A DNA stretch of 58,985 nucleotides, counting the filler, from Sphacelaria rigidula (taxonomy: Eukaryota): the NCBI GenBank assembly GCA_964200075.2. It is 5 parts of 5 records of this genome, joined end to end, with 100 filler letters (N's around TTAATTAATTAA, not from the genome) between each part and the next. Parts side by side here need not be neighbours in the genome. Positions count along the whole stretch, not along the records: positions 23,637 to 35,353 come from CAXNAA020004597.1; 4 more parts are not named here. One strand, given 5' to 3'. Shown piece after piece: positions 23,781 through 35,453 of the stretch. The position numbers were made by a program, and so were the translations under genes. The notes beneath the pieces are model-generated. The model did not search any database, was not told where the DNA came from, and saw only the letters and a program-made list of their open reading frames with translations. Position 1 is the first letter of the stretch. Every line of letters starts with the position of its first letter.

Positions 23781-26700
23781 TTATGCCCGTTGCCTTCTAG
23801 TAAAAACGTGAAACGGTCGATTCCTGTTCGGTTCTGTACTGATTGGCACATGCCAATGCCAGCAAAGTTTGGTAATGCTGTTCGACAGTATCTTCGCAGG
23901 TTTCGCCGGACTCAAAGCGGCCACTTTAGCGTGCGAAATATCGATCAGCATGCAGTCTGGACCCAAATCGCGGAAAATAAATGATTCAATGGGCAGAGTG
24001 TTTTCCCCCAACTTGAGGTCGAAACGAATGAAGTCAACTACTTTGATGGGTGCATTATCCGCGCTTCTAAGATCCAAAGATCCGCTTGGGACTGGTTTGA
24101 TATTTGCCATGTTCAGAGTCGAACACGGGATTTTACAACTTGGAGATGGATGTTTCATTGGGGATGAAAACCCAGAGAATTAAAATCTTCGCATTCACAC
24201 CAAATCTATGAAGTATGCTTTCATTTCTTCACTTCCCGGTAGCTATTGACAACTACTACACGCCACACAAATGTGGATTTCGATAACCGAAATGTCAGGG
24301 TCCTACGTGAAAAATCAATTTTGTGGGATTGTAGGTGTCCGATCGGACGCCAAAAATGGTTTTTCACTCAGGACCCCAAAATTTCGGTTATCGAAATCCG
24401 AATTTGTATGGCGTGTAGTAGTTGTCAATGGCTACCAGCAAGTGAATAAATGGAAGCATACTTCGAAAACTTGGTGTGGATACCGTACGAAGATTTTAAT
24501 TCTCCGGGTTTTCATCCCCAATAAAACGTCCATCCCCAATTTCTAAAATCCCGTCTTGTAGGGTGCGAACGGATGGTCTTTAGGCTGATGATGGGCAGGT
24601 CGAAGGCTGAATCTATGGCCAGGGTCTCGACGGCACTATCATTCACTCTCGCTGGTACTTCTCTAATACAAGCCGGATATATTGTCACAGATCCATTCGG
24701 GTACCGTGAGAGTGAAGGATCAGAAAGTCCGATCGGTGTTTTGCATTGATATTACCAGACGGTTGTGCAATGAAAGCTGCTTGCGGAACTCTCTCCAAGC
24801 ACGACGGCTGGCTACACGGCACGTCGTTTTGACTCGAGTTGCTCACTTCGAGCTTCTGCTTGACTCCAGCATGTACTTTCGCTACCTCTTCAGAAGGCTT
24901 CGTACTCAATCTCGTTGAAGAGGCTACTGTACTTTTAGAAAGCCGCGTGCCTTTCCCGATTATACCAACCAGAGCGTTTTCTCTCGGTTTGTTACTACTC
25001 AGCGTCATGCGTGCTACTGGCTTCGTCTTAAACGTCGACTGTGCTACAGTAGTTGCCCTTTTCGCTAAACATAATTTACCCTGGCCGGGCGAGGTCTCGC
25101 GTGCTGGGCACCTTCAGAGGCCAAGGGCGGTCAATTCCTCCCCCTGTTTCTCTGCCGGATGGCAGTTTTCTATCGTAAGCGTTTTTCCTGTACTTGCAAT
25201 ATTTATACGAGCACGACTGTTGAACTTCTTTACCCGTGCAGAATATTATCGCACGGGGGGGTCTGCTACTAGATCTGCTTCTGAGCTCATACCGTACACG
25301 CTTCCCGCCATCTTTGGGTCCAGCCGCTTGCCCTTGCGTCTCTGCTGAGATTGATGTGCGTTTGCGCGATCTACCTCGTTCTGAACTGCGGTTCCTCTCC
25401 TCAAGGAGTTTGTCCAATTTTCCGTCCAGATCAGCCACGGTTTACGCGAGCTGTGCAGTTGAACGTTTCGCAGCAGCAGATGAGACGTGGGAAGCGGAGA
25501 CCATGTTTTCAGGTACTGAACCGCACAAGTTGTTTGTTTCGTGTTTCTTTGCTCTAGCTCGTGCTGTCTGAAAATGGTGGGTGAGATCTTTCCTGATTGT
25601 TTCCACTCTAATGTGGGGCGGTAAACCTGCTTCAAAAGCTGCTGTCTGACGAACCTCTTGAAGGGAACTTGCCGGATCTCTGCCTTTTGGTGTCACTCTG
25701 GCAGCTTCGGCATAAAAACGAGGGTGCGCCTTGGCCACCTCGATTGCATACGCTTCGATGGTTTTGACCATCTTTGTACTTCAATCCAGCGATAGCTCTT
25801 GCTAGAATGGCAATACGGTTTGGGGGCGAGTACACGTTGGTGTATGCGTCCACGAGTCTTTTTACGATAGCCTCCCCCCAAAATCAGCCCAAAACTGCCA
25901 CGAAGAAAATGGTCATACAGCGCCTGACGTTTGGTTTCAGGCTACATGAAGAACCTTACGTGGGCGGCATTGGCGAAAAAAAACCCGAGCGCGGGAATTC
26001 CATTGCTGCTCGTTGTGCTCGCCTTTTTTCATTTCGATTCGCGTGTAGATTTTGCCTCCCCAAATCAGCCACGTTTTGGGGGGAGCGGTCGTGGAAAGTG
26101 TCCCAACCACTCGTTCCAAGATGTTTGGGATCGAGTGTCTACGTCTCTGCCTTGCGCTCAAAGCTATTCGAGCTGTGCTTCTGGGCGCCATTCTAGTGAA
26201 CCAGTGGTAGATCGGAGTACGCGTCAAGGGCTGTACCACGGAGTGGTAGCTGGAGGTGCTTGATGCATCTACGGTTGATGACCTCTGAACTGCACTGATC
26301 CTGAGAGTTCACTCGCACTCTCGATCTGTACTCACGCATGATGGTTGGTATATCCTCTGTTGCGAGTCCATGGAAAGCCTAGGTCAGATTGTTTTGGGGT
26401 AAATCGTGTCGCTTCCCCGGCATATATTTCCCCTCTTCTCGAATCTGCGAATAGTGGAGTGTCGTTGGAGATGTCTCTTCGGGTGTTCATCGGAGTTTTC
26501 GTTTCTGGTTGGATTTGAGCATTTGGGCACGAGTTACTATGAGTGGAATTGCGGGAGACTACCCGTTGGAGGGTATTCATCATATCTGCTTGAGGCGCAT
26601 TCGTGCGTGCGGGCTTCTTACGTAGACGAGGTGGGGGTGTGCTGTTTACTGCGCTGCCAACTCGCTGACCGAACGTTGAACCAGGCACTACCTCTTTACT

Positions 26701-27000
26701 CAGTTAGCTACTCGTGCTACCGTACGTCACCTGTACAACCTGGCGTAGAGCGTCCTCCGATGGTGGGATCATACCTGATGCCGGGAGGGCGCACGTCGGG
26801 GGGTCAGAACCGTCCCGAGCGTAACTTTCGAGGACATTAAGAGCGACGCGCAAGCCCGCTGCCTTGGCCTCCTCGACGTTGGATGCTGGGGGGTAGTAGG
26901 TCTCGCCAGCCTCGTTTGGTTTGCTGTCTTCGTCGCTGTCGCTGCCTGGAGCCAAGTCGTGAAAGCGACAACCGTCGCTGACACTATCGATAGTACCACC
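23781..27000 (-). pseudogene. Decayed LTR retrotransposon (Ty3/Gypsy-like) gag and aspartic protease
   Basis: Gag-like fragments (AAFEAGLPPHIRVETIRK, a coiled segment DLDGKLDKLLEER, Cys-rich CSYKYCKY) precede a retropepsin-like region ARVNDSAVETLAIDSAFDLPIISLKTIRSHP | TLNMANIKP...LRSADNAPIKVVDFIRFDLKLG...GPDCMLID. The region has frameshifts and stops and is split by a MITE. Confidence 0.7.
24120..24558. mobile_element. Palindromic MITE inserted in the retrotransposon protease
   Basis: Ends CACGGGATTTTACAA / TTCTAAAATCCCGTC; same family as 8450-8872. The protease peptide resumes across it. Confidence 0.85.
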
Positions 27001-27976
27001 TCCCCAACTTCTGCTGTCCTTTTGTTCCTCCTCTGTACGGGGCTGTTGCTTTGACCTCTTCCTCCCGCTTGTTTTTTACCTCTTGATTTACTGGCGGGGA
27101 GTAGGCCATGTGGCAGGGCTGGTCTCCTCCGCTACAACTGTCATCATCGCCTCCGCGGGGTCGGAGTTCGATTCGGCTTTGCCTGTCTTGACGTCGGCTG
27201 GGCGGGTGCCGGCGTGACCGTTGCTGGAGTAGCGTTACTGGGGTTCTTGGCCGGCATGTTTTTTGTTGATATCGTCTATAAAACTGTTCTTTCGTAAACT
27301 TATGCTGAATCACCGTTTTCGGGTGAGTTTGTTTCGGATGGTATCGCCACTGTAAACTAGACTTTGCAAGGGGTGAGGCAGTGGAGCTACGTGTCTTGAT
27401 GAAGAACGTTCTTGTGCCTTGCTGCGGAAGGAGCTCCAAAGCGAGGCGTATTTTTTTCCCCTGTTATGTGGAGCAAGTATTTCGCCGTAAGCCGGTGGTA
27501 GGCACAACGAGCGACCGAAATTGCACGGAGGCTCAGCCAACGGTCAATCACGGGCTCGTACAGTGGCTCTTATTATGATGAGCTCTTGCTACCGGAGGAC
27601 CCTGTTACCTAGTTCCCAAAAGATGCAGTTTAACGGGTTCGAACGTTCCGAGTCCGCTCATGTATGACACTGACGAACCCCGTTCCTGTGACTGTTTCTC
27701 CAGTTTACATGTGTGTTGTGATCATCATTACGTTCATACAACGTGGTTTCCACCATAGTGTTGTATAGCTAAGCAAGGTAGGGAGGAGAAAATGAAGGCA
27801 GGTGCGTGGCCTCCCGTCAAACATCAAGTCAGGGCCTCACGTATGTGTCTGGCACCACAATTTCGATGGTAGATCCCACCGTGGGTGACGGACTAAGCAC
27901 AGAGCACAAATACCTCATCGCTGTGTCGTAGATCTAGCAAAATGGACCCTGAAAATAACCCTCTTGACAGGAACAC

Positions 27977-28345
27977 ATGCATCGGGGACAAGTCCCGACA
28001 CAAAAAATAATACTACCTCTGTTGGAGAATGTAAGTTCGCTCGGAGGAAATTGTGAATATCAGGGGCCCATGAAGGAGTTTCCTTATGACCTGGAGAAAG
28101 TTTGGAAATCGAGTCTTTTTTATGAGAACCCAACATCGAACTACTTACACATTCTGGAGGAACAGGTAAAAGGTTTTTGGAAAACCTCCGGTTGAACGGG
28201 TTCTGGTAAAAAACGTTCGGAAACTTGTTCACAGTGGTTCTTCTGGCGTTATGGAGAACCACGCAATACCGAGATATCCGGGAGGCGACCATTACAGCAG
28301 TCAGTCGATCCAGACGAAGATAGGCACTCTGGGGGGGGGTGTTAT
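27977..28345 (+). mobile_element. Possible 3-prime end of another LTR element (degenerate chromodomain-like peptide, G-rich polypurine tract, TGT LTR start at 28340)
   Basis: Peptide CEYQGPMKEFPYDLEKVW weakly resembles the chromodomain pattern EYxVxWxGF...W; G9 at 28331-28339 is immediately followed by TGTTATC. Confidence 0.3.
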
Positions 28346-28689
28346 CTCGCGTCACTATACCCGGGGTTGAAATCATGCTTTCCCCGCCCCCCATTTGGTT
28401 TTGTCGAAAACCACGAACCCATCAGTCGTCTAGAGAACACGAAGGACGAAGTGGTCCCCAGCCGTCCCCAGCCAGAAAACGACCCTGGTAAGCGAGTTAT
28501 CCCAAACGAGCATATATGTCCACCAAATAAGTTCGAGCTTACATTCCCGACCAGAGGTAGTATATGTTCATAGCAGTGTACTCTAATTCACGATATGTGG
28601 CTATCTTGTGGTATGTTATCCTCCTCTACCATACCGTACTGCTGCAGTTGAATGGCCGGTGTGAGATGTGAGCGGGAGCCTTGCACCAT

Positions 28690-29015
28690 CGTGCAGCATC
28701 CATTTGGGATATCATATCCACATTGTTCACTCATCGGAGATGTCATATCCGCCTGGCACATCTATGTGGAATATTCGCATCGATCTGGGATGTGGATATC
28801 CTAGGATGCATATCTGAGACATGAACATCCATCTGGGATATATAGACGATCATCTGGAAATGGATACTTATCTGGGACATCCTCCTGTGATATCCAGATC
28901 TCAGATGCTGTAGATATTGATATCCCAGACAGATGTCCATATCTCAAATGGGCATCCCGGATGGAAATTGATTTCCCAGATGGATGCCCATTCCCCAGAT
29001 GAATATCCCCGATAG
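28690..29015. repeat. GATATCC/CCCAGAT motif-rich segment, probable MITE subterminal repeats
   Basis: Many copies of ATCTGGGA, TCCCAGAT and GATATC in both orientations; no credible ORF. Confidence 0.55.
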
Positions 29016-30274
29016 ACGTGATACACTACGTGGAGAGTGCACGGTAATACAAGAGCGGGATATTAGCCGCATGGACTATGAGCTTCAGTTTCAGTGCTGG
29101 GTAGAATTTGATTGTGTTCACCTTTTCTCACACCGGTGACCAGCCAGCAAAATTTCTCGGCCGTTGGTCAGGTCCATAGAATCAATCAAGGTGGCCTATG
29201 AACTGGAATATTGGATACTTTACATTCCCCTTCCTCTCAGTCCAGACCCCCCTCGAGCCATTTCTCCCCCAGTCTTCGGGTCCGTGATGGGAATACATAT
29301 TACTCCCCCACCACTATCAAAGCAGTATGGAGGCCTCTGCGAGCTCCTAATTGACTGCAGAAGAGTTCTCAACCGCAAAAAAACATCTGGTCCGTTCAGC
29401 TGCTCTTCTCCCACATGGTCCTGCAGGGTAATGCGCGGTCTCCACGAAACGACAGACCTCGACCGCCTCACTGGCGTCGTCATAATCACTGACGGTCAAC
29501 GCTTACCGAAATATTGAAAAAATGGCACATACTTGCTCCGATTTCAGAAACATACTTTCAAGACGTGGCCACACTTCGTCGACACGAGTCTTGCCACGTG
29601 TGTCAAGCTAATGACGTAGATATTGCGGAACATCTCCCTTCCCCTCACCATTTATCGAAATCTTTTGGGTTTGGTGTAGGAAAGGTTCACCACCTCTTAC
29701 AAACAAACACCCAGTTCCGGGGTACTCTGTTTGATTCTTTCGCCACAGGGGCGGCGGTTTTCCGCATTGTACTTGGCTTGTAGATATGTAGAACACCAAG
29801 AGAAGACAGCCGTAGATCGATATCTGGAACGCTACGGTACAACGTAAACAACATGCAGCGTGTTGCTGCAGCACACAGAGTAGCAACAAATACCTGACAA
29901 CTTTCGGCATGGCCAACGTATGTAAACGATAAAAACGCCATCTTCGCCTCATCGCTGTGTTTGCCTGCCGAGAAGAGCATTTGGAGTCAAAAGGACGAAT
30001 AGTATCGGGCTCGACTATCAGTCGGGCATCGATAGTTCACACAAGCGTCCGCTTAGGTCTCATGTCCTTTCACATTAGCGACACATTGGAATGACGCTGT
30101 ATTTTGTATGAGAAGGTACGGCTGTGAATCCCGCCCCTCGCCAACTCGACGGACTAGAGTATCCCTAAGAGTTACGCGAGCAAACAAAAATTGTAAAATT
30201 CAAGGGGCATGAAAAAACTGGTCGGCGACTAGAAAACAGAGTTCAGAATCTCACGGAAAAGTCTTACTTGGAGA

Positions 30275-30805
30275 TTGTCGACTTCGCAACTCGACACATG
30301 CAAGAAACATATGAGGGAAGGAGCGCCACTATTCTTACCACTCTCTTGCAAAAAATGGTGCCTTTACAAACAATTTCAATTTTGGGATTATACGACTATT
30401 GCCAAAATGGAGGGAAACATTCCCGTAAGTGTCCGTCAAGGCCTCACTATTTTCTGTTATGATGATGATCATTTCATTCACCACCTTTCAGTGTATGGTG
30501 ATCTTGTCGTCTTAGCTGACACAAAACGCACAAAACATTGTATACAGGCACTGGACACGGACGACGGGAGCGACGAGGATTCATGCACCGACGAAGTGGC
30601 GGACTGTGAAGCAGACAGTGAATGTGACGAGTGCAACCAACAACTCTCTGACTCATGCACCGAACCGGACTGGGAGAGTACTGAAGATGAATCGTTTTGT
30701 GCGGACGTTGAGGTAGGGCTCGATTTAAGGCCTTTCATGTCATACCAAAGATTATACGTATTGGATCACCTTTGGATGCACAGTGGTAAGCATAGACTTC
30801 GGTGA
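30275..30805 (+). CDS. Hypothetical acidic/Cys-rich ORF, function unknown
   Basis: 176-codon uninterrupted frame with a D/E-rich tract (DTDDGSDEDSCTDEVADCEADSECDEC); no family recognised. Confidence 0.3.
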   Translation: MSTSQLDTCKKHMREGAPLFLPLSCKKWCLYKQFQFWDYTTIAKMEGNIPVSVRQGLTIFCYDDDHFIHHLSVYGDLVVLADTKRTKHCIQALDTDDGSDEDSCTDEVADCEADSECDECNQQLSDSCTEPDWESTEDESFCADVEVGLDLRPFMSYQRLYVLDHLWMHSGKHRLR

Positions 30806-32739
30806 GACGTTCATATTGCTATTATACACCCGCCCGCCTCGTGAAACGAATTCGCCCCGAAGAAACTCTGGGAAAGTTTGGGTACTTCTGCGCACACTAA
30901 ATCTGACGTGAGAAGTTCCAAGGGAATATAAACTGACAAACTCCTTTTCCTGGCCCGCCTCGATCGGTGAACTCCTCAGGATTATATTTGCTGCCAGATT
31001 GAGGATGGCTGCAGTTCAAATGACGCCCTGGTAGACTTGGTGGAATGCTCGTTCGAATCTGTCTGCCCCGACCTGGTCTTTGATTGCAGCGCGGCCGTAG
31101 GGCTGATGGCTGTCCGGGCGGTTGGGTATGCCTTCTGTGCTTTCGCTATCCTCATGGCTACCACGGCTGGATATATGATGTAGTCGATTTTCTACCGTCA
31201 CCAGCCCAAAGGCAGTGGGAGAGGAGTCATGCAACAGCATTCGATTTCGTCTTCGTTCCACTCTCACCTCCAGCTGTTTCTTTTTTCTAGCGTATCTCTC
31301 AGTAGTAACTATACTTTGGGCTTCGCAGCTAGTGTTTCGTGATGGCTCGATCGGGTGTGTCGAAAATCTCGACTCAAATGTAAGGTAGTCTCAACGACAT
31401 TGATCATAAAGGTTGGAGTAGTTTAAGTGGACTGGGGGTACAAAATACAGTTGAAGCAACGTAGTCGTAAAGATAAAGCTATACCCATTTTCATATAGCG
31501 TGAGTGTGTCACGGAATGCGGGCAGCGGGGAAACACGGGAAGGGAGAATAGGTCAGCCGACGGTTATTCCCTGACTGGATCTCGAACAAATCAACCACGG
31601 TAGTATTTGAAGAGGCAGCTTGCAATAGGGAGCGTAGCCTTGCTTGTGTGCTCAAGGTTCTGCTTTCAGTGACGACCCACTTTCTCCTTCAGACGCTTCG
31701 TCGGGGCAAATAAGGTATAGCTGCGCTTGCGCGGTTTGGACCACGTCAGTGTTCGCAAGTTCTTATAATCGATGGAAACACAACCACAGATATTTGTTTG
31801 TATATACAAGGGTTTCGACGGCTGACGATGTCATGCCAAATGGAGCGACAGCCAAGATACACGATAACCGGTGATCGTTGGGTGCGGTAAATATTGGAGT
31901 ACTTTCGCCGTGTGCGTATTTTGGCACATCCCGTCCTAGAAAATGAAAATGAAGGAAGAGTCATTATTGATGTTTGATAGCATGCTTTCTATCTGCAGCA
32001 ACGGGGAGCAAATATCCTCCAGCGTCGACCAGCACACACGAAGATGCGCATGCACGCTTTCCACCTACAGCAACGGATAGCAAAGATCCTCCACCATCGA
32101 TGGACACACATGTGGAGACACTCTTATCATGAACCCAGTGCTGTTTTCAGTAACGACAATAAAATACAGTCCCGTCGAGTCTGTCACGGACGCACAGCCC
32201 TGTTTTCAACCATGAGCCCACAATTATGCGCCGCGAAAACACCCGGCAGCACACGAAGCAATTCATTGAAGTACCGACACATGGAACAGTGTTTACACGA
32301 TACGTCACACCCATATAAAAACATGGCGCGAATACGTAAAGCGTAATACACCCGCGATGTAATAAGAGCTGCAGCAACAGTAGAATAGTTGAGGGAATGA
32401 ACGACACGTAATACTCGCTATACGAAAGCGACACGACTAAGAGAACGGGAACATGCAATGCACGCAGAACTAGCGAAATATGACAGAAACCAGGACCACC
32501 CGGTGTGTGCCCAACGTCATTACTCAAAATGCGGAACAGGCCCCAGAAAGAGAAACGAAACGTAAGACATACAATACCCGCAACGTGACAAAAGTTATGA
32601 AAGTAAGGCAAAAAATACTTGCAACGTGAAGATAACTATGACGTGCAAGGCCAAACTACAAAGACCCTTTGGCCGCAGCCTAGCCAATGTCCGCGTACTG
32701 ATTAGAATGGATGTTGTCATCTCCAGCATTCTGAGTTTC

Positions 32740-35340
32740 CGGAATCTTCACAGCCGAAGTGGTGCATGAGATATAAATACATCAGATCGTCAAATGAGTC
32801 CAGGTTTTAAAGGATAGAGCTATACCCTTGGCTTTTGTTGGTCGTGGATGCATGGCGTACACGAAGCGGTAAGTCTAATCACAAGAGAATCATTTAATTT
32901 CGGCCAACTTTAGATTGAACGCGTGCTCGGAGAATACGAACGAGCGACGATAGTCCGTCCAGTAAATCAACATGAACAACGCGCGTAGAAATCCACGAAC
33001 AATGACATTTTGTCCATTTACTAAGCCTTGCTTGGAACTTCGATGTAGTGTAATCATCAAGATCAAGTTTGAACCAAAATTCAAGGCTTATGGCGGTATT
33101 TCTCAGACATTCATAACGTTGAGGTCAACAGTCGGGACAAACTCGAAACTATTTTCATCACTAGCACCAGGATTGATAGAGTCACAGCTGTAGGCTGTGA
33201 GTAGGTCACCGGGGAGAATATAAATAATATATTCGTTGATGGTGTCGATGGTGGCGTTCGTCGATCATAGATGGCTCTGGTCTTGAGGTCAACTGGGTCC
33301 GCGTGAAGAATGTCCGGGTAGACGAAATTGATGAAATCTTCTGAAGAGTCGATGTTGTCTATGACGAAGGGATCTGAGGGGAGATCTGGAGTGTCAGGAA
33401 CGTATATGGAGGGTATGGCGTCAACGCCGTCGTCATCAGTAGTGTGGAGTTGTGTTCCGATTCCAATACTACTCACAAAAGCATCGAAGTGTCCACGCGA
33501 ACACGTTAGGAAATTCTGAGGCGCATCCGATCGACATACATCCGAAACGGGCTAGAAATAGTGAGAAAATCATCGTTTCGGCGAGACCACCATGTTAGAC
33601 CACAAGTTCTATCTAGCGTAGATAACCACTGAGCAACACAGTCTCACCGCCCATTAACTAACTGGATGTTGCCCATGAGGTGTTAGAGGGTAAGATTTGG
33701 AGCTTCGACCGAAAAACGATGACTCATCGGAACCTCGTTCCAAACTATGAGGTCACATTTTCGAAAGAACTTGACGCGCTGTGATTCGGCAAAGATGTTG
33801 CACATGGTACCACTAACATCTTTTTGATCGAAAGGATCCTTGGACACGAATGTGCTGCCCAACCTCCAGGTATCTGCAGACTAGATATACCCGCGACCGT
33901 AGACATAATGTGCTATCCACAAAGCACCCATTTGCTGTGAGGCCTGAAATGAGCGCAAATAACCCATTCTGTGTACATCCATCTGTGCCATGATGCGCGT
34001 CAATCATCAACACGTTACCTTCCCCTGACATTGCACTGGCGACAACGTTGTTGGAAACATGTGTAGTTGCTCATAGGTAAGGTTTTGGAGGTGTTCATGA
34101 GCAAAACTTCTCTTCTGAGTGCGGTCGAGCATAATATGTTTAAAATTCAAGTAAGTACTCGATATCCTCAAGAATAACGGGAGCCAGGTCAATGATGTCA
34201 TTTGCTCGTCCGTGGTGAGAGACCGATTTCGCAAAGTGCGGCATTGTCGGCAACAAAGTCGGACACGGATGTACGTAAATCTTCAGTGAAGTATGCTTTG
34301 AATTATTCCCAGCGATGTTTCGCGGGGGCGCCCTCAAGAGTAAAGGTAACGAAGAGTTCACGGAGCTACCTTCCCGTGGCGAGGACGGTGGTCTCGTCCA
34401 GAAAACTCCTGTGCTCGTCGTCGTGTTGAACGATACCCGTAGCCCTGGTGGTGTCCAGAAACGTTTCATGCACGGTTCCGTCGTGCGTTTTGATTTGTTG
34501 GGAGGATCTTGTCGGTCTGTGGTAAAGACTCAGACTCATGTAGAACACGCCGCCTTTATCAGGTGTGACAACCATAACGCAGGATACATGTTTTTCAGAA
34601 GAACATGGACTAGCGAAATTGCCGCAGGTGTCTCGGAGAAAAACCCCCGAGTCGTCCTACGATAGGGGGGGGGGGGTGTTTTGAGCCACTTTTCGCTCGA
34701 AGGAGCCCTTTCGGGCCCATCCCAGGATACGCTTGGCGGGCGTATTGGGTCACCTCTTCCCCAAAGGATACCCTGCGATCCCAACCACGTACACAACACC
34801 CGACGTGGAAGATCAATGTCCAATATATCCATTTTTTGTTTTGTTGTTTCCATTTTCGAACGAAAACCCAAACCAACATAAATACAGCACAACAAATCCC
34901 CACACCACCATTCGAGGACTCTCCTTCTCGGAGGTCACAAGTATATGGGTCTTTCTGTGCAACCCAACCCTTTGGCTACCTTACTGCAAGAAAAGGGGTT
35001 TTGGGATACGCGGCCTTCTCGTGACGCGGTGTCGTTTTCAGTATTTGGAATGCGCAGACGAGGCCGATTCACGAAATGGCTTCTCCAACCCCCGTGCAGC
35101 CGCGAGAGCCCCGTTAGCTAAAGATGTGTGCAACCCTTGAGTCGTGCTACAATAGGGTTGCACTTTTTCGGCTAAAATATTGACCTAGTAGCCAAAATCG
35201 AGGTTGCAGGCGAGGAGGGTGAGCTCGTTCGGGGAGGTCTGCTTGCAAGGCGATGGGCTCCCGGTAGGCACGACTAGTGTTTCGTTGGCATTTCTGGGGC
35301 ATTTCACCCTCGGTGAAGGTCATGATGTAACAACAAATTG
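32740..35340 (-). pseudogene. Decayed Helitron Rep-helicase (PIF1-like SF1 helicase)
   Basis: Ordered fragments: KTHDGTVHETFLDTTRATGIVQHDDEH...LRELFVTFTLEGAPAKHRWE..FTEDL (Rep-helicase linker), GNVLMIDA (degenerate Walker A region), ALQIPGGWAAHS, CDLIVWNEVPMSHRFSVEA (Walker B), FINFVYPDI..RAI..TNATIDTINE, GLVNG. Many stops and frameshifts; an insert lies near 34660-34910. Confidence 0.85.
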
Positions 35341-35353
35341 TGCGGATTGAGGT

Positions 35354-35453
35354 NNNNNNNNNNNNNNNNNNNNNNNNNNNNNNNNNNNNNNNNNNNNTTA
35401 ATTAATTAANNNNNNNNNNNNNNNNNNNNNNNNNNNNNNNNNNNNNNNNNNNN
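35354..35453. other. Artificial contig spacer
   Basis: Same 100-nt N/TTAATTAATTAA/N structure. Confidence 0.97.
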
